Shown here in pieces: positions 27,933 to 42,840 of a stretch of DNA of 64,000 bases. The notes below the pieces were generated by a model. The model saw nothing but the letters and a program-made list of their open reading frames with translations. It did no database searches and was not told the origin of the DNA. The stretch comes from Octopus sinensis (Eukaryota): the NCBI RefSeq assembly GCF_006345805.1, contig NC_042998.1, forward strand, positions 157,108,001 through 157,172,000, read 5' to 3'. Within the stretch, counting starts at the first letter, position 1; the number at the start of each line of letters is the position of its first letter. The position numbers and the translations under genes are program-made.

Positions 27933-28482
27933 TTCTAAATCTCTCAACGAGACCCATTCAGTAACAATACTCTAAAGTAAAGATTATTTGCCAACATAAT
28001 GTGGCAGTCCCGGTTAGGACGAATGTTACTGTTATTTAGTCCCAGGAAACATTGTCTCCAGCTGGCTATGCGACACACTGTGTCCTTGTATTCTCGTAAA
28101 GCCAGCTGGAGACGATGTTTCCAGGGGCTAAATAACAGTAACATTCGTCCTAACCAGGACTGCCACATTATGTTGGCAAATAATCTTAATTATAGAATAC
28201 TGTTACTGAATGTCTCTCGTTGAGAGATTTAGAATTAATAATTTTTCTCTTTATTAGATCAGTGATGTGTGTCATTTTGAAAATTATATATATTTTCGAA
28301 CAGGAATTTGATAGCGCCAGGCAGTTATTCTAGGCTGAGTGAGGATGCTAAACTCCCCTGTTCGAGAATATAAGGACACAGATAGTGTGTCGTATAACCA
28401 GCTAGAGACGGTGTTTCCTGGGGCTAAATAACAGGAACATTTGTCCCAACCGGGACTGCTACATTATGTTGGCAAATAATCT
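27933..28482. repeat. Fold-back palindrome (arms about 140 bp, 27933-28234) plus a third arm copy at 28365-28482
   Basis: Direct arm comparison; mirrored ORFs 27944-28168(-) and 27999-28223(+); starts just after (TA)n. Confidence 0.92.
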
Positions 28483-29679
28483 ACAGGAAACCTTCGTCAA
28501 CTGTTTAAAAGAGTAAAGAACGGTGAACGTGAATCGCCAAATTGCATTCTTTTGTATATAAACATAAATTCAAGCACTTATATACACACACACACACTAT
28601 CTCTCTCTCTCTCTATCACACGCGTATACACTATAGACATACGCACGCACGTACACATACGCACCAGCTAATGTTTTCTTCCTATGTTCTAATAATTTAT
28701 ACGTTCTGTCTTTATGCTGGTACATAAATGAATTTGAATGTATTACGGACAATGACACCATATTCCCAGTGGTTTCGCAACAATGAAACCTTTGAGAAAA
28801 GATAAAGATAAATTTACACGTGGGCAAGTCATCGGCTTGTATCAATGTGTGAAGTCCAATTGAGAAATAGCCCAATTTTTCAGTGTTAATAATAAAACAG
28901 TGAATAGCATAGCCAGGAGGTGGATTGAAGCAGGGCATTGCAGCATGAAGAAGAAATATGAGAGGGCAAAAAGGATAGGTAAGAAAGAAATGATTAAAGA
29001 TATAAGCCAGAGTGTTTGCGAGGAACTGTTAAATATAAAGAAGATGGAGATATGATATGGGGTAGGAGACAGTCTGGGTGACTGGCAAATCACAGCTCGC
29101 TTTTGCTAAAAATATAGTTAAATGCTAAAAATACTATCAAATCTTCAAAAATGACGACTGTCCATCTGCTCAATTGTTAGAAATGATAAAAGCATTGATT
29201 TTGAAGAAGATAGAGACTCATGGCATACACATTTAGAGATGAACCCAGTAATTCGAATTTCTGAAATAGGCTCTGTATTTTACCATCTTGGTCCGTTAGG
29301 GCATTTATAGGAATATCTTGATAAAAGGGTTGCAAACAAGATTGTCGTAAATTGCATCAATTGCTAACCTTAAAAAACCCCCAAAACAAAACAAAACCCC
29401 CAAAAAACAAAAAACAAAAAAAAACAAACAAAAACCAACAAAAATAAAAGCATTGACCGAAGTGTGAATAAACATGAATCACTAAGCTATTGAAAATTCA
29501 GCCAAATCCGTAATAACTAACCAAATCCATATTATAGGGAGCCTATAAAATACTGAAAAGTTTTCTTCATTTTGGATTATTTTCATTAATTCATTAGAAG
29601 TTTAATTAACGCTGCATTATTACCCTGGTTATAAGCCACTGGGCATGCATATTTATATGTCTATTTGCGTAGCAGCACG

Positions 29680-30079
29680 ACATCGTGAATGATATTTGCC
29701 TCCTAAATGTGGTTGATCCATATGGGACGATGCTAATGTAGTTTATAGTCTCAGGAAGACATCTCCTCCAGCTGGCTAATGAGATCAGCGTCTTTTTGTC
29801 ACTAGAAAAAACATATATATTTGCATTGGAAATATCACTTCCCATACCCTAGCCGATGATTGTCACACTCTGATGACAGGTTACCACTCAGAAACACGGG
29901 TCCGTGTGTATCACGTCAGACTAGAGATGGGAACGATGAATTCCCTTTGCAAATACTGATAGACCACAGACACTGTGTCATTAGCCAGCTGGAGGAGATG
30001 TCTCTTGGGGCTATAAACTACAGTAGTCTCGTGCGATATGGGTCATCCACATTTACATGGCAAATATTCTTCATGATGT
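29680..30079. repeat. Inverted-repeat element (arms about 110 bp) related to 27933-28234, with a central hammerhead-like motif
   Basis: Arms 29680-29793 and 29968-30079 share ctccagctggcta with the 28-kb element. Confidence 0.85.
29864..29908 (+). ncRNA. Hammerhead-like motif in the spacer of an inverted repeat
   Basis: cacac.t-CTGATGA-caggttaccactca-GAAAC-acgg-GTC-c.gtgtg; stem I cacac/gtgtg, weak stem II. Confidence 0.55.
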
Positions 30080-30568
30080 GTGTGTGGGGGGTGGGGTGGG
30101 GGGATGTATGCACATGTATATATACACACATATATGCATATATGCATACACATATATGCATACATATATACACACATATGCATACATATTTACATGCAAA
30201 GGCACACAGACGCACGCACATATAAACGCACACACGCAAACAGAAATGTTTTGATATATGTCACCAAATTTCTATTTTGTTACGCTAAATAGATTTAGGT
30301 GCGAGATATCATTCAATATCTAGCAATACAATATCATTTTTTATCTATTTCAACCGAATTCTCTATGAATTCCTTTACACAAGTGGTATTTTCTTTCAGG
30401 AGCTTTATTTGTTCAGTTTAATGTAAAATACACATTTTGTAAGTTGTCCGTAAAAAATGTAATGACTAATCTTGAAACTTGAGTTCTATGTTACAGAGTT
30501 TTTATATCTTGACTTCCTACTCTCGGTTACCAAAAACAAAATGCTTTGATGTTTGTTTATGTATATAT

Positions 30569-30632
<64 letters not shown>

Positions 30633-30635
<3 letters not shown>

Positions 30636-30855
30636 CGCAGGAGTAAGTGTGTGGTAAGTAGCTTGTTTACCAACCACATGGTTCCGGGTTCAGTCCCACT
30701 GTGTGACACCTTGGGCAAGTGTCTTCTACTATAGCCTCGGGCCGACCAAAGCCTTGTGAGTGGATTTGTTAGACGGAAACTGAAAGAGGCCCATCGTATA
30801 TATGTATATATATATATGCGTGTGTGTGTTTGTGTGTCTGTGTTTGTCCCCCTCA
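30633..30855 (+). mobile_element. tRNA-derived SINE (family 1)
   Basis: ggcgcaggagt...gtgtggtaagtagcttg...ggttccgggttcagtcccactg...accttgggcaagtgtcttctactatagcc. Confidence 0.9.
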
Positions 30856-31344
30856 CGTGATGATCTTTCTTTTCCTTCACGGCTGTTGTAGAGTCTGCAC
30901 GTATCCCATCTGTCTCTCTCTTCGATCTTTTCTCTTGTCAAAGAGAATATTTCTCCAGCGTTCACTATTTTATCTTCGTCTGGTCTAACGACTCTTCATG
31001 CTTGTTTTCGTTCGGTTTCCTTGTATGTCTCCACTGTCTTGTTTTTGTTACCAACTTTTACCCTCCGCAAATCCCAAATATTATTTTGGTTTGCGGTAGC
31101 AACTGCCTTCGAAGACTCATATTGTTGAATGCTCGAAATGAGGAGTAGATGGACAGTCGAGAACTGATGAAGGATCGTTTTTTATGTTACTTGTCTTGTT
31201 TTCCATTTGTTTCTCTCGTTGTTTACGTATTCAACTCTTTTGTTTTCGTATTTCATGTTGTTTACGGTTTGTGAAGTCCTGTATCCACATATGAGTATAT
31301 ATATGTGTGTATGTATGTACACATACATATATGTGTGCATATAT

Positions 31345-32040
<696 letters not shown>

Positions 32041-32293
32041 GGACAGACTTTTTTCAAACTGAAAGTATTTATCTCACATTACAATAGAGATATAATAAGA
32101 AATGGTGTAAGGGATTAGAGATTCCTCTGGGCTCGCATTAGGTAGGAGTCGAAAAGTTTTTGGCCCATGACACTGCATGGACTTTAAATAAGGCATGAAA
32201 TCGGTTGTGTAGTTCTCGCGTTTTAGGGATTCACATAAACAGAGAGACAGGCAGACACACAGACAGACACACATTCTCATCTTTATATAAATA

Positions 32294-33968
32294 CTAGCAG
32301 TGTTACCCGGCGTTTCCCGAGTTACATACAATTGAAGAATTAGACTTTTCTGTTATATTTTCTGTGATGAACTGGACTACCTATGTTTCAAATTTCATCA
32401 AAGTTGCAGATGAGGGTTATTTCCCTCTTTACAGACCCAAACAAAATTGTAATCGTACCACATGTATCCCATACTACTGATTTTTATGCGCATATTCCAA
32501 AATTCCAGTCGTATAGAACCTGTTAAAAGGATTTTGCTCCTGAAAAATGGAGGCCATGGAACTCTAAAATGTGAGAGTTAAGGCCCCTATTGGGGGTGGG
32601 CATCTTAATGTCAACCAGAGAAGTTGAATTGTTGAGAATCTTTTTAACTTGGATCTTATATCTATTGTTTGAATTTCTTTGAAATAGGAAATATATGTTC
32701 ACTGGGTTTGTAAAAGAGAGCAAAGCTACAGGAAACCAAAAGACGAATGATCGCAATAAGCAGTCAGCTACAGTACCCTAGTCATTACCACTCCCAATGT
32801 AGTATTCCTCACCATGCAGGTGACAGGCACAGCCGTAAGATGCATTACGAATCTATAGCAATTGGAAGGGCGTGACCCAACTGAAATAAACATTAACAAC
32901 TGTGTGACGTGAGGGCTAAGGAGAAATGAAAGTTGGAGTTTGCAAATGACCACTATACTGATACGTAACTGGACAGAATAAATATACAATCTATAAATGT
33001 CTTTGAATAACCAGTCACTCATCTGGGAAGGCCTTGAAATCAATGTCACCATGTGGGGACTATGTGTGATCCAGTGATAATAAAAAGACTGAAAGGAAAT
33101 CTGCAACCAAATAACTTTACTCAACACTTTGCAACTGAATCAGTGGAGACAAAAATACCTCTCATTTACTTGACAATTTATGAAGCACATTGCTGAAATC
33201 ACAATCTAAATGTATGTCAAAGCAAACTGTTACACTGTTGTACCACTGAATTACAAATAATGCTCATCTTCTATGCTCGGATGACTCCACAGCTTCCAAG
33301 AGAACAACTATTCGTCTTTGCTTAGATAAAATGACAAAATTGTGGGTGTTAAGTCCTCATGGAGGGGTCTTTCTAACTTGTAAGAAGATGAAATTTTATA
33401 AATATTACTTCATTTGTATCTAATATCTATGGTTTAAATTTCATCAACAGCAAAAATATATGAATTGTAATGGGGGTTGTGGCCCTTATGCATAGAATAT
33501 AATTTCCAAATTTCGTAAAGATCCATTCAGTACTTTTGACTTAGTTTTGGATCATAAAAGAAATTACTAAAATTTAGGAGTTAAGGCCTCCATTAGGGTG
33601 TCTTAGAATCCTAATGTGAAGTGGAAACTTTGAGAATACTTCTTGATGTGTGTCAATTACCCATGGTTGAAATTTCATCAACATCGAAAATTTATGGATT
33701 TTCATGGGGGGTTCTGTCCCCTTTAAGCCATCTGAAATTCAAACCAAACATATTGCATTATATTCGCCCTTATGCATTGAATCTAAGTTTCAAATATCAT
33801 AAGGATCCATTCAGTAATTTTGGTCCATGAAATTGTATGAACACTCAGCATTACCCTTCTCCCTAGGCTTCGATTTTGTGTTCCAAATTTCATTATGATC
33901 GGTGCAGCAGTTTTCGAATGTATAAGTAACACACGAACACATAAAGACATTGTCTTTGATATAATAAA
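32294..33968 (-). mobile_element. Non-autonomous Helitron
   Basis: 3' hairpin gtaactcgggaaacgccgggtaac plus CTAG|T at 32294; 5' atatcaaagacaatgtc...gcaccgatcataatgaaatttgg typical of Helitron-N starts. A second 5' end continues at 32293 toward 32040. Confidence 0.72.
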
Positions 33969-34023
33969 TATGAATGTTCACATATACATACATGTATATA
34001 TAATATATATATATATATATATA

Positions 34024-34073
<50 letters not shown>

Positions 34074-34843
34074 GTGTGTCCGCGTGTGTGTGTGTATTAT
34101 ATATATATATACATATATATATATCTTATTATATCTCTTATAAATACATATATATATTATATATATATATTATATATATTATTATATCTCTTATTATAAA
34201 AGGCAGATTTTATCTGCCTCCCAAACCGTTTGTTTTTTATACAAATCTACAATATAGAATTTCTTCAATTAGAATTTACCTATCACTTTTACGAGTAGAA
34301 TACATCGGGTCGTGGCGTGTACAGTTTTTCCAATTTCACCCCCAATTAAGCAAAAATTCGAGAAAACTCAATATTTTTAGATTTCTCTCTTTCATTTAAA
34401 CTGCTTCACTCATACCATTACCACCACACTTTCTGCTACTTTCTCTTTGCAAGTGTGCGACAATTAAAGTGAAACTATTTATATAACAGGGATGAACTGC
34501 TTCACTCATGCTATCACCATAATTTCTGCTACTTTCTCTTTGCAACTGTACCTTAAACCACTACTAAAAAAAAATACACAGCAAACAGAAACAAATAAAT
34601 ACATAACGATTTACTCCTCACACAATTTCTTCAATTAGAGTTTACCTATGATTTTTCCAAGTACTTCCATTCGGTCATGGCATACAAAATTTCTTTCAAT
34701 TTGACACCCATTTAAGAAAAAATTCGAGAAAACTCAATATTTTACCATTTCACTCTTTCACTTCAAAGCCTTTACTCTGCCTATTACTCCCACTTCCTAT
34801 TTACACACATAGACACGCAAATATATAACTAAAATTGTAAGCT

Positions 34844-34882
<39 letters not shown>

Positions 34883-35262
34883 CAGGGATGAGCCATTCAG
34901 ACTGGTCATCCCTTTTTGCTAGAAGAAGATCCCCTATGGTCTTATATGCTACACCACTGGTTTTCAGTTCAAGAAGGACTATTCATTATAATACATCAGT
35001 TCCACACATTTACCTTGGTTCCATTTCGGACAACTGCACAAACATTTGCCATTTCACACATGTATGTAAACAAATTTCTTTCTTAAAAATTTCAATTCAT
35101 TTCCTTTTTCAATTTACGTTTCTATACACTTTACGCAAATATTTCATTAAACAACTAAAACACTTCACATTTCGAACATGTACGTAAACTACTTCCATTC
35201 TTGCAAATCTAACTTCATTTTCTTGCTTTTAACTCAAATTTCAATACATTTTACACACTCTG

Positions 35263-35953
35263 CTCCATACAAAGTTTTTTAGGACGAAAATAAGATCTAA
35301 AGTTATCTCTAAGTAGTAGGAAGATCGCCCAAAACTGTATATAGATATTTAAATGTATTTATATATTCATCTATACACAGATGTATGTATAATGTGTGTG
35401 TATATACTTCCATAGAGGTAACCATTCACTCCATACAAAGTTATTTAGGACGAATATAAGATCTAAAGTATATCCAAGTAGCAGAAAGATCGCCCAAAAA
35501 TGTATATATATATTTAAATGTATTTATATATTCATCTATACATAGATGTATGTATAACGTGTGTGTATGTATTTCCATAGAGGTATCCATTCACTCCGCA
35601 CAAAGTTTTTTAGGACGAAAATAAGATCTAAAGTTATCTCTAAGAAGCAGAAAGATCGCCCAAAAGTGTATATAGATATATAAATGTATTTATATATTCA
35701 TCTATGCACACATGTATGTATAACGTGTGTGTATATATTTCAATAGAGGTAACCATTCACTCTATACAAAGTTTTTTAGGACGAAAATAAGATCTAAAGT
35801 TATCTCTAAGAAGCAGAAAGATCGCCCAAAAGTGTATATAGATATATAAATGTATTTATATATTCATCTATACACACATGTATGTATAATGTGTGTGTAT
35901 ATATTTCCATAGAGGTAACCATTCACTCCATACAAAGTTTTTTAGGACGAAAA
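35263..35953. repeat. Tandem repeat, unit about 166 bp, about 4.2 copies
   Basis: Unit start ctccatacaaag at 35263, 35429, 35594, 35760 and 35926. Confidence 0.95.
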
Positions 35954-36801
35954 TCTTTATATATAAAAGAAAGGTTGTGTGTCTGTCTACTCCGATTTAC
36001 ATTCCTAACTAATCCCACATTTTGCGATGCAGTTTAACCAAAAGCGGGTATCTTTTAGTCGTGATTCATATCGAGCCCTTCTGGGTATTAGCGCGCGTCT
36101 ACGATGAGTCTACGATTTTAAAAATAATTTACCATCATTGTTTTCCATTTTAATGCATATTTTTTTTAAATAAAGGGAAGTAACTCTCAAACTTCACACC
36201 AATATGCGTGCTCATATGCGACGTAATATCACATCAGCAGCATTTCCTCACACCCTCCTTCCACTTGGCGAAGGCAAAATACCAGGGGATGAAAATGGTA
36301 ATATTGCCATCGATTCCATTTGTACCATTGTTAAGACGCCTTCTGATCTCAGAGATGCAGTGTTCACAGATCTACAAGCTAATTATCAGAATATGGATTG
36401 GATTGGCCAAAAGGCTATACTGGCCCCGAGGAATAAAACTGTTCACCATATTAATGATGAAATGCTAAAACTCATTCCTGGGGAAGTCTATGTATATCAG
36501 TCTATCGATACAACTCCTGACCTAGACGACTTCATCAACTATCCAATAGAGGTATTCAATGCCTTTGAGCACCCCGGACTACCACCACACATTCTCAAAC
36601 TTAAAGTTGGTGCCCCTATAATGCTCATCAGAAATTTGGTTCCCCCAAAACAATGCAATGGCACACGTTTGATCGTTAAGTCCTTATCTCCCACCGTAAA
36701 CTTATATCAATATTTGCCTGAATAATCATCATAATTCAGTGCAATCATTAACAGTACTTTCAAGCAATTCAGCCCCGAGCAACGCCGGGCAATTCTGCTA
36801 G
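35954..36801 (+). mobile_element. Helitron deletion derivative with a PIF1-like helicase fragment
   Basis: A|TC 5' end (tctttatatataaaag); ORF 36204-36725 with AILAPRN, GLPPHILKLKVGAPIMLIRNL, CNGTRL; 3' hairpin cccgagcaacgccggg plus CTAG|T. Confidence 0.93.
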
Positions 36802-36824
36802 TATATATATATATATATATATAT

Positions 36825-37086
36825 ATACGCACACAAAGATAAATTGATAGATACAACTGAGTGGGCAAACAAAAATATGAGACACAGCGTAGTGCTTTTT
36901 TATGTTGATATTAGTTTCTTGATATTAGTTTCTTCTTGTGAAACCAGCAAGTTATGGGGATATAAATAAACGAATAGCAGTGGTGAAGCAGTGATGAGGG
37001 TGAAACATAGAAACAAAGTCACACGCATACACTTAAATATATACATACATATATATACGATTGATTTCTTTAAGTTTCTGTCTACG

Positions 37087-37174
<88 letters not shown>

Positions 37175-37572
37175 ATACACACACACACACATACACACAC
37201 ACAAAGATAAATTGTATGGGCAAACAAAAATATGAGATACTGCATCGTGTTTTTTTTATTTTGATAAGCCTGGTACTTATTCTATCAGTTTCTTCTTGTG
37301 AAACCAGTAAGTTATGGGGATGTAAATAAACGAACACCAGTTGTGAGGCAGTGATGAGGGAGAAACACGAGGACACACACACAGACTTACATATATACAT
37401 ACATATATATACGATTGATTTCTTTCAGTTTCTGTCTACAAAATCCACTGACAAGGCTTTGGTTGGTCTGAGGCTATAGCAGAAGACATGCCAAGTCACC
37501 ACACAGTGAGACTGAAGCCAGGACCATGTGTTTTGAAACGAAGTTCGTTACCACACAGCCACACCTGCACCT
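36825..37572 (-). mobile_element. Family 1 SINE with a tandem duplication of its 3' part (period about 360 bp)
   Basis: 36825-37090 resembles 37195-37445; SINE head at 37480-37572. Confidence 0.75.
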
Positions 37573-37675
37573 ATATATGTGTATGTGTGTGTGTGTGTAT
37601 GTGTGTATGGGTGTATATATGTATGCATGTATGTATGTGAATATATATGTGTACATATTACATGTACATCTATAT

Positions 37676-37721
<46 letters not shown>

Positions 37722-38390
37722 CACATATACATGTATACATATACATCTATACACACATACACACACACACATACATAGGTGCAGGTGTGGCTGTGTGGTA
37801 ACAAACTTCGTTCCAAAACACATGGTCCTGGGTTTAAATTTAAATTTAAAATAATAGGGGTGAGAAATTGAATATTAATTTGATTAATATGAATTGAAAA
37901 CCAGTGGTGTAGCATATAAGACCTTAGCGGATCTTCTTCTAGCAAAATGGATGTCCACTGTTAATGGTTCATCCCTCTTCTATAATAGTTTGGCTTTAAT
38001 AGTTTCAGTATTAAAGTAAAAGTATCTGACATTACAATAGTGAGATGTTTATGTTTCACTTTTAACACGTAATACTGAAATAGTGGAGAAGATATTATAT
38101 TGCGGTGGGCTCGCCATAGGCAAGAAGTTAGAAATTGTTTTGCCCTTGATACTACATGGATCCTAAGTAAGGCATGTGTAAAATTTGAATGGAATTGGTT
38201 GTGTAGTTTTCAAGTTTTAGGGAAACACACAGACATACACACATTCTCAGTTTTATATATATAAAGATGAGAATGTGTGTCTGAACCCAGGACCATGTGG
38301 TTAGTAAGCAAGCTACTTACCACACAGTCACTCCTGCACACACACACACACAGACACAGACACACAGACACAGACACAGACACAGACACA

Positions 38391-38430
<40 letters not shown>

Positions 38431-40156
38431 ACACACACACAGAGTTTCCCTCTACCAAACCCATTCGCAAGCCTTTGATCAACCCGGGGCAGTTGCAGAA
38501 TACACTTGTCAAGGGTGCCACGCAGTTTGGGCGAACCCGGAATTATGTGTCTGTGAATCAAACTTGAATTTTAGATCATATGATCCTAGAAAACTGCATG
38601 AAAATCATACAATAACTTTATCTGATCTTCCACGTTTTTAAACTCAAAGCCCGCATTTAAAATCAATAACTATTGTTCACACAGAATACCTCTTGATGCA
38701 ACGTTATCTCTATTCTTTTCGATGGATGCTGCTTGATTGTAGATATGTGATGATTAAATATGCCACCGAGTCACTGATCTGGTTAGAATTTAAATTTTCC
38801 ATGTTTAATCAAATTACTTTTTATATGCAATGGTTTTATTGTTTTACATTACTGACATTGCAATAGTTTTATTGTTTTACATTACTGACATTGTATAACT
38901 AGCATTACATTTTCCAATGTGTCCTTTCATTTTTATGATTGTTAGGTGTGGTTTTGAAGACGATTTCTCCGCTATTTTTCACGTCATGATTTGTGTTGTA
39001 AGTCAAAGCGTCGCTTCTTTACTATTGATGGTACTGGGTCAGTATGAATATCACAACATTCAACTTTTTATTATGCGTAAAACTTTGTGGTGTAAAAAAC
39101 GCTGGTGAAAACAAGGAAAATTATTGGAGGCGACGGAGGTGAAAGCTGAAAATAGTATGTTTGCATAACTAACGAATGAAATTGATTGTGATTATTGTTT
39201 CTGGGAATTTAAATTCACTTAAGCAGCTAATACTACATTGGCAGCACAATTCCCACAAATGCTAATGGTTTCTAAGGAGCAGAATCAGTGTTGAAACATC
39301 TTGATTATTAAGAAGGCCATTTATGACAAAAAAAAAAGAGACTTTGTAACAGTTATGCTTTTGCAAAAGCATTTTAAATAACTTTCAAAGATGTACAATA
39401 TAATTTCTTGTTTCCAATAAATCCAGAATTTAGTGCTTATGACGCATAAATTATAATTGAAATACTGAGGGTGGTGAAATAACTGAGCAGAAAATATAAA
39501 CGTAGTGTTTATTTACTGCTCTTTATGTTCTGATTCAAGTTCCACCGAACTTCACTTCCCAGATCAATGAGTTAATTATCAGTAATGTATTACAATCGAT
39601 TCAAGGTCTATGTATAAATACGTGACGTGCGTCAAAGTTAGAAACCCCGGTTAAAGCTCTTTTATTTTATTTATGTTTCAAACGCTCTTGGGATGTGTTC
39701 TTCCCTTTTCCTTTTTCAATAAAATATACGACCTTTATCCTGTATACTTCCTCACCACTATATTTTGGACTAAATTGTAGATGTAGTTGTTCATGCAGGC
39801 ATGGCATGGATTCGATCCTCGATCGCCAAATTTCCCTTAACAGTTCAACAGCACTTTTCTCACGGTAAAACAATAGTTTTTCTGTGAGTGACAGCAGTTA
39901 CATTTGCCAGATGCCATCGCTAAGCAGAATAATGTATTTGCCACTTGACCCTTCAAACCTCTTCTAGGCCACCAAAAGCTAGAATAGAGATAACAGACCG
40001 CCAGCGAAATCTATTGTTCTCAGCAATATCTTTCTGACTAGTTTGGATAGTTATAAAAACAAGAACTCTGTAAGCCAAAGCAATTAGAGAGAACGGATTC
40101 TGGCTGACCGGCTGAACAAAACGCCCCCAGGAAAGAAAAGGCACAAAGGGTCAGCT

Positions 40157-40481
40157 ATGGTAACTCACCAACGAAGCAGTTGTTTCATCCCACCACTCTC
40201 ATTTTCACTAACTCACTTTCTTTTCTCTGTAGCATTACCATATCTCTCTATATATACTACTATGAGATCGTGTACACACATATCTTCCGAAATTAACTCT
40301 TTTTACTACGCATGTTTTTCCATTTACTAGTTATACATACCAACACGTCGTGGTTTTGGATATATACAAAGTAACGGTAAATAAATATATCTTTACAACT
40401 TCATTCGGTGTTCTTCTTCCATCCTGCACACTGGCAACATACACCTTAACAACACTACCGTTACAATTGGTGACCCTCGAC
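40157..40481 (+). mobile_element. Gypsy-type 5' LTR remnant with tRNA-Trp-like primer binding site
   Basis: aataaa signal, LTR end ...ttaca at 40465, then TGGTGACCCTCGAC resembling the complement of the tRNA-Trp 3' end (TGGTGACCCCGAC). Confidence 0.6.
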
Positions 40482-40767
40482 TGCAACGAAAACTAACGGG
40501 TTACATGTTCTTCCCTTTTCTCACTTCAATAAAATATACGACCTTTATCCTGTACACTTCCTCACCACTATATTTTGAACTAAAATGTAAATCAGGTTTT
40601 CATGGAGGAATATAGGTCTGTGCGTATGTCTACTGCTCTTGAAACAAGCCGTATATTGCCAGACCTCTCTCTGCATCATAGCTGCTTCATGAAGTTATTA
40701 CACTGCAGTGATATGTGTTTGATGAATGAAGTTGGATCATTATGCTTGAAATTTAATGTATTCCAGG

Positions 40768-40812
<45 letters not shown>

Positions 40813-42514
40813 ATACAGACATGTATCTTCCTACATACGCATATACACATAATAGCATATAAGGCCATAGTGACCGAGTGATGAAGGTGCGGTCTCTCAG
40901 TTACGTTTCTAACTCTAAATTGTTTATGACGTTTTGGTTTGAGTTTAGGAAAATCAATTAAAAGAAAAGAACGAATAAAAATATACTTTCCTTGCCAACA
41001 AACCAGGTAAGAAACGAAATTCTTAGAGATTGAGTGCCAAACTAAATAGAAATGATGCATCTTGTTTGATGGCTTGAAACTGAATCCCTCAAAAACAAGA
41101 ATACGCATAAAACGAGGAGGTAAATTACTACAGACAAGAGGCGTACCATTATTTGCTTATTCTTTTGTGTAGAAATTCAAAAGATCACTACCACCCGGTT
41201 TAATGTTTTCATAGCATATATCAACCAAAAGAATGCAGCTATTTAATGCTACATAAATGTCATTATCTTTTAGTTTGGCTGTAAATAATTCAAGCTAGTT
41301 TTTTTTTTCATTCTGTTGTATGGTATAATACAAACACAACCACTGCCAATTCTGACGTTACGTCTGCAAGGACATTTACGAACTATAAATAATTCTGAAC
41401 GCTGAATAGGCATAACCTGGAGGGTGACGAAATAAATTATTTCTAGCATTTTATTTCGATACTCTACTCTGCTGCAATATCCTTGCATGTTACTCGGGGC
41501 CGATAGAATGAGTACTGAAGGTCAGTTCAACCATCGTTGCCTATACAATAAACTTTCATCTTGTAACTCCTCATTACAAGTCAATTATTTAAAATATGTC
41601 TCCATTGTAATACAATCAAAGCTAATTTAGTCAATAAGGTTTCAGATAACAGATTTTAACTGTTTATAATTTTGTCATTGGCGCTACGTTGCAACTGTAG
41701 ACAATCCATTAAGAAATAATTACATTTTAAATGGTTGATAGATACAACATTGCAATCAACAGCGGCTCTGCGTCAAAACCGATGAATTTTTTATTCTTTT
41801 GAAACTATTACTACAATTTCTCAGTTGAACTGCGGGCGTCATATAACTAATTTTGAAGCTAAATAGTGATGTTCTATCATTGATAGATACCTTCTCTTCC
41901 AGAAAACACTGCGCGTTGAATCTCACCCTTAAACACACACACACACACACACACACACAAACCCTACTCCCACATTATCGATAAGGTTAATTGTTATTAT
42001 ATTGCAGCTATTATGCTAAGTTATGTCTCAACCAGATTGTTTACTGAAAGTGATAAAGGAATTATTTATGTTCAGTGTCACGGAGGAGTGGATGCAGAAA
42101 GCATTCAGGTCAACGAATAAATTCATGTTTACTTACTCCTGGTATATTACTTGTAGTTTATTCGGCTCTTGTAATTCACCATGTAACTTACTTTCGTGGG
42201 GACATTTGGAAAATTCTTCGTTCTTTAATTTAAAATACCGTTTAGATTGGTTGTGATGTTATATGTGATTGAATATTTGAGATGACTAACTGTGATTATG
42301 TAGGGTGTATAGCTATTTGATAGTGTATCAGTCAATATAGAAATGTTTCACACACCTGTCTTTCAATACTCATTCAGAATGGACAATGATGATGTGTTCT
42401 GTTTTACATCATTCCTAAAAGTAGCCGTAACATTGAGGAAACGGATTTTGAAACTACTTTCACATATGTAACACTCACACACACACGTGCGCGCGCACAC
42501 GGACGCGTACACAC

Positions 42515-42592
<78 letters not shown>

Positions 42593-42840
42593 ATGAATAT
42601 CAAAGCAGCTGCAAAAGTTACTTTTACATACATACACACAATTATTACACACATATGGGTTACTTTGTCGTTATATTCAGGGTTCTATAATTTGAAAAAG
42701 TCAGCACTATTACTAGCAAAATATACAGGATTTATTTATTGCAAATTTCCTACAATGAACACTACCATTCAACTATGTATGTATGTATGTATGTATGTAT
42801 GTATGTATGTATGTATGTATGTATGTATGTATGTATGTAT

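Noticed and set aside
30633-30715. tRNA gene
   Set aside because: A/B-box-like head runs into a SINE body and no full cloverleaf is evident.
35263-35953. CRISPR-like regular repeat
   Set aside because: Whole 166-bp units repeat with no unique spacers; eukaryotic context and no cas genes.
36204-36725. Host PIF1 helicase gene
   Set aside because: Partial domain enclosed by Helitron termini.
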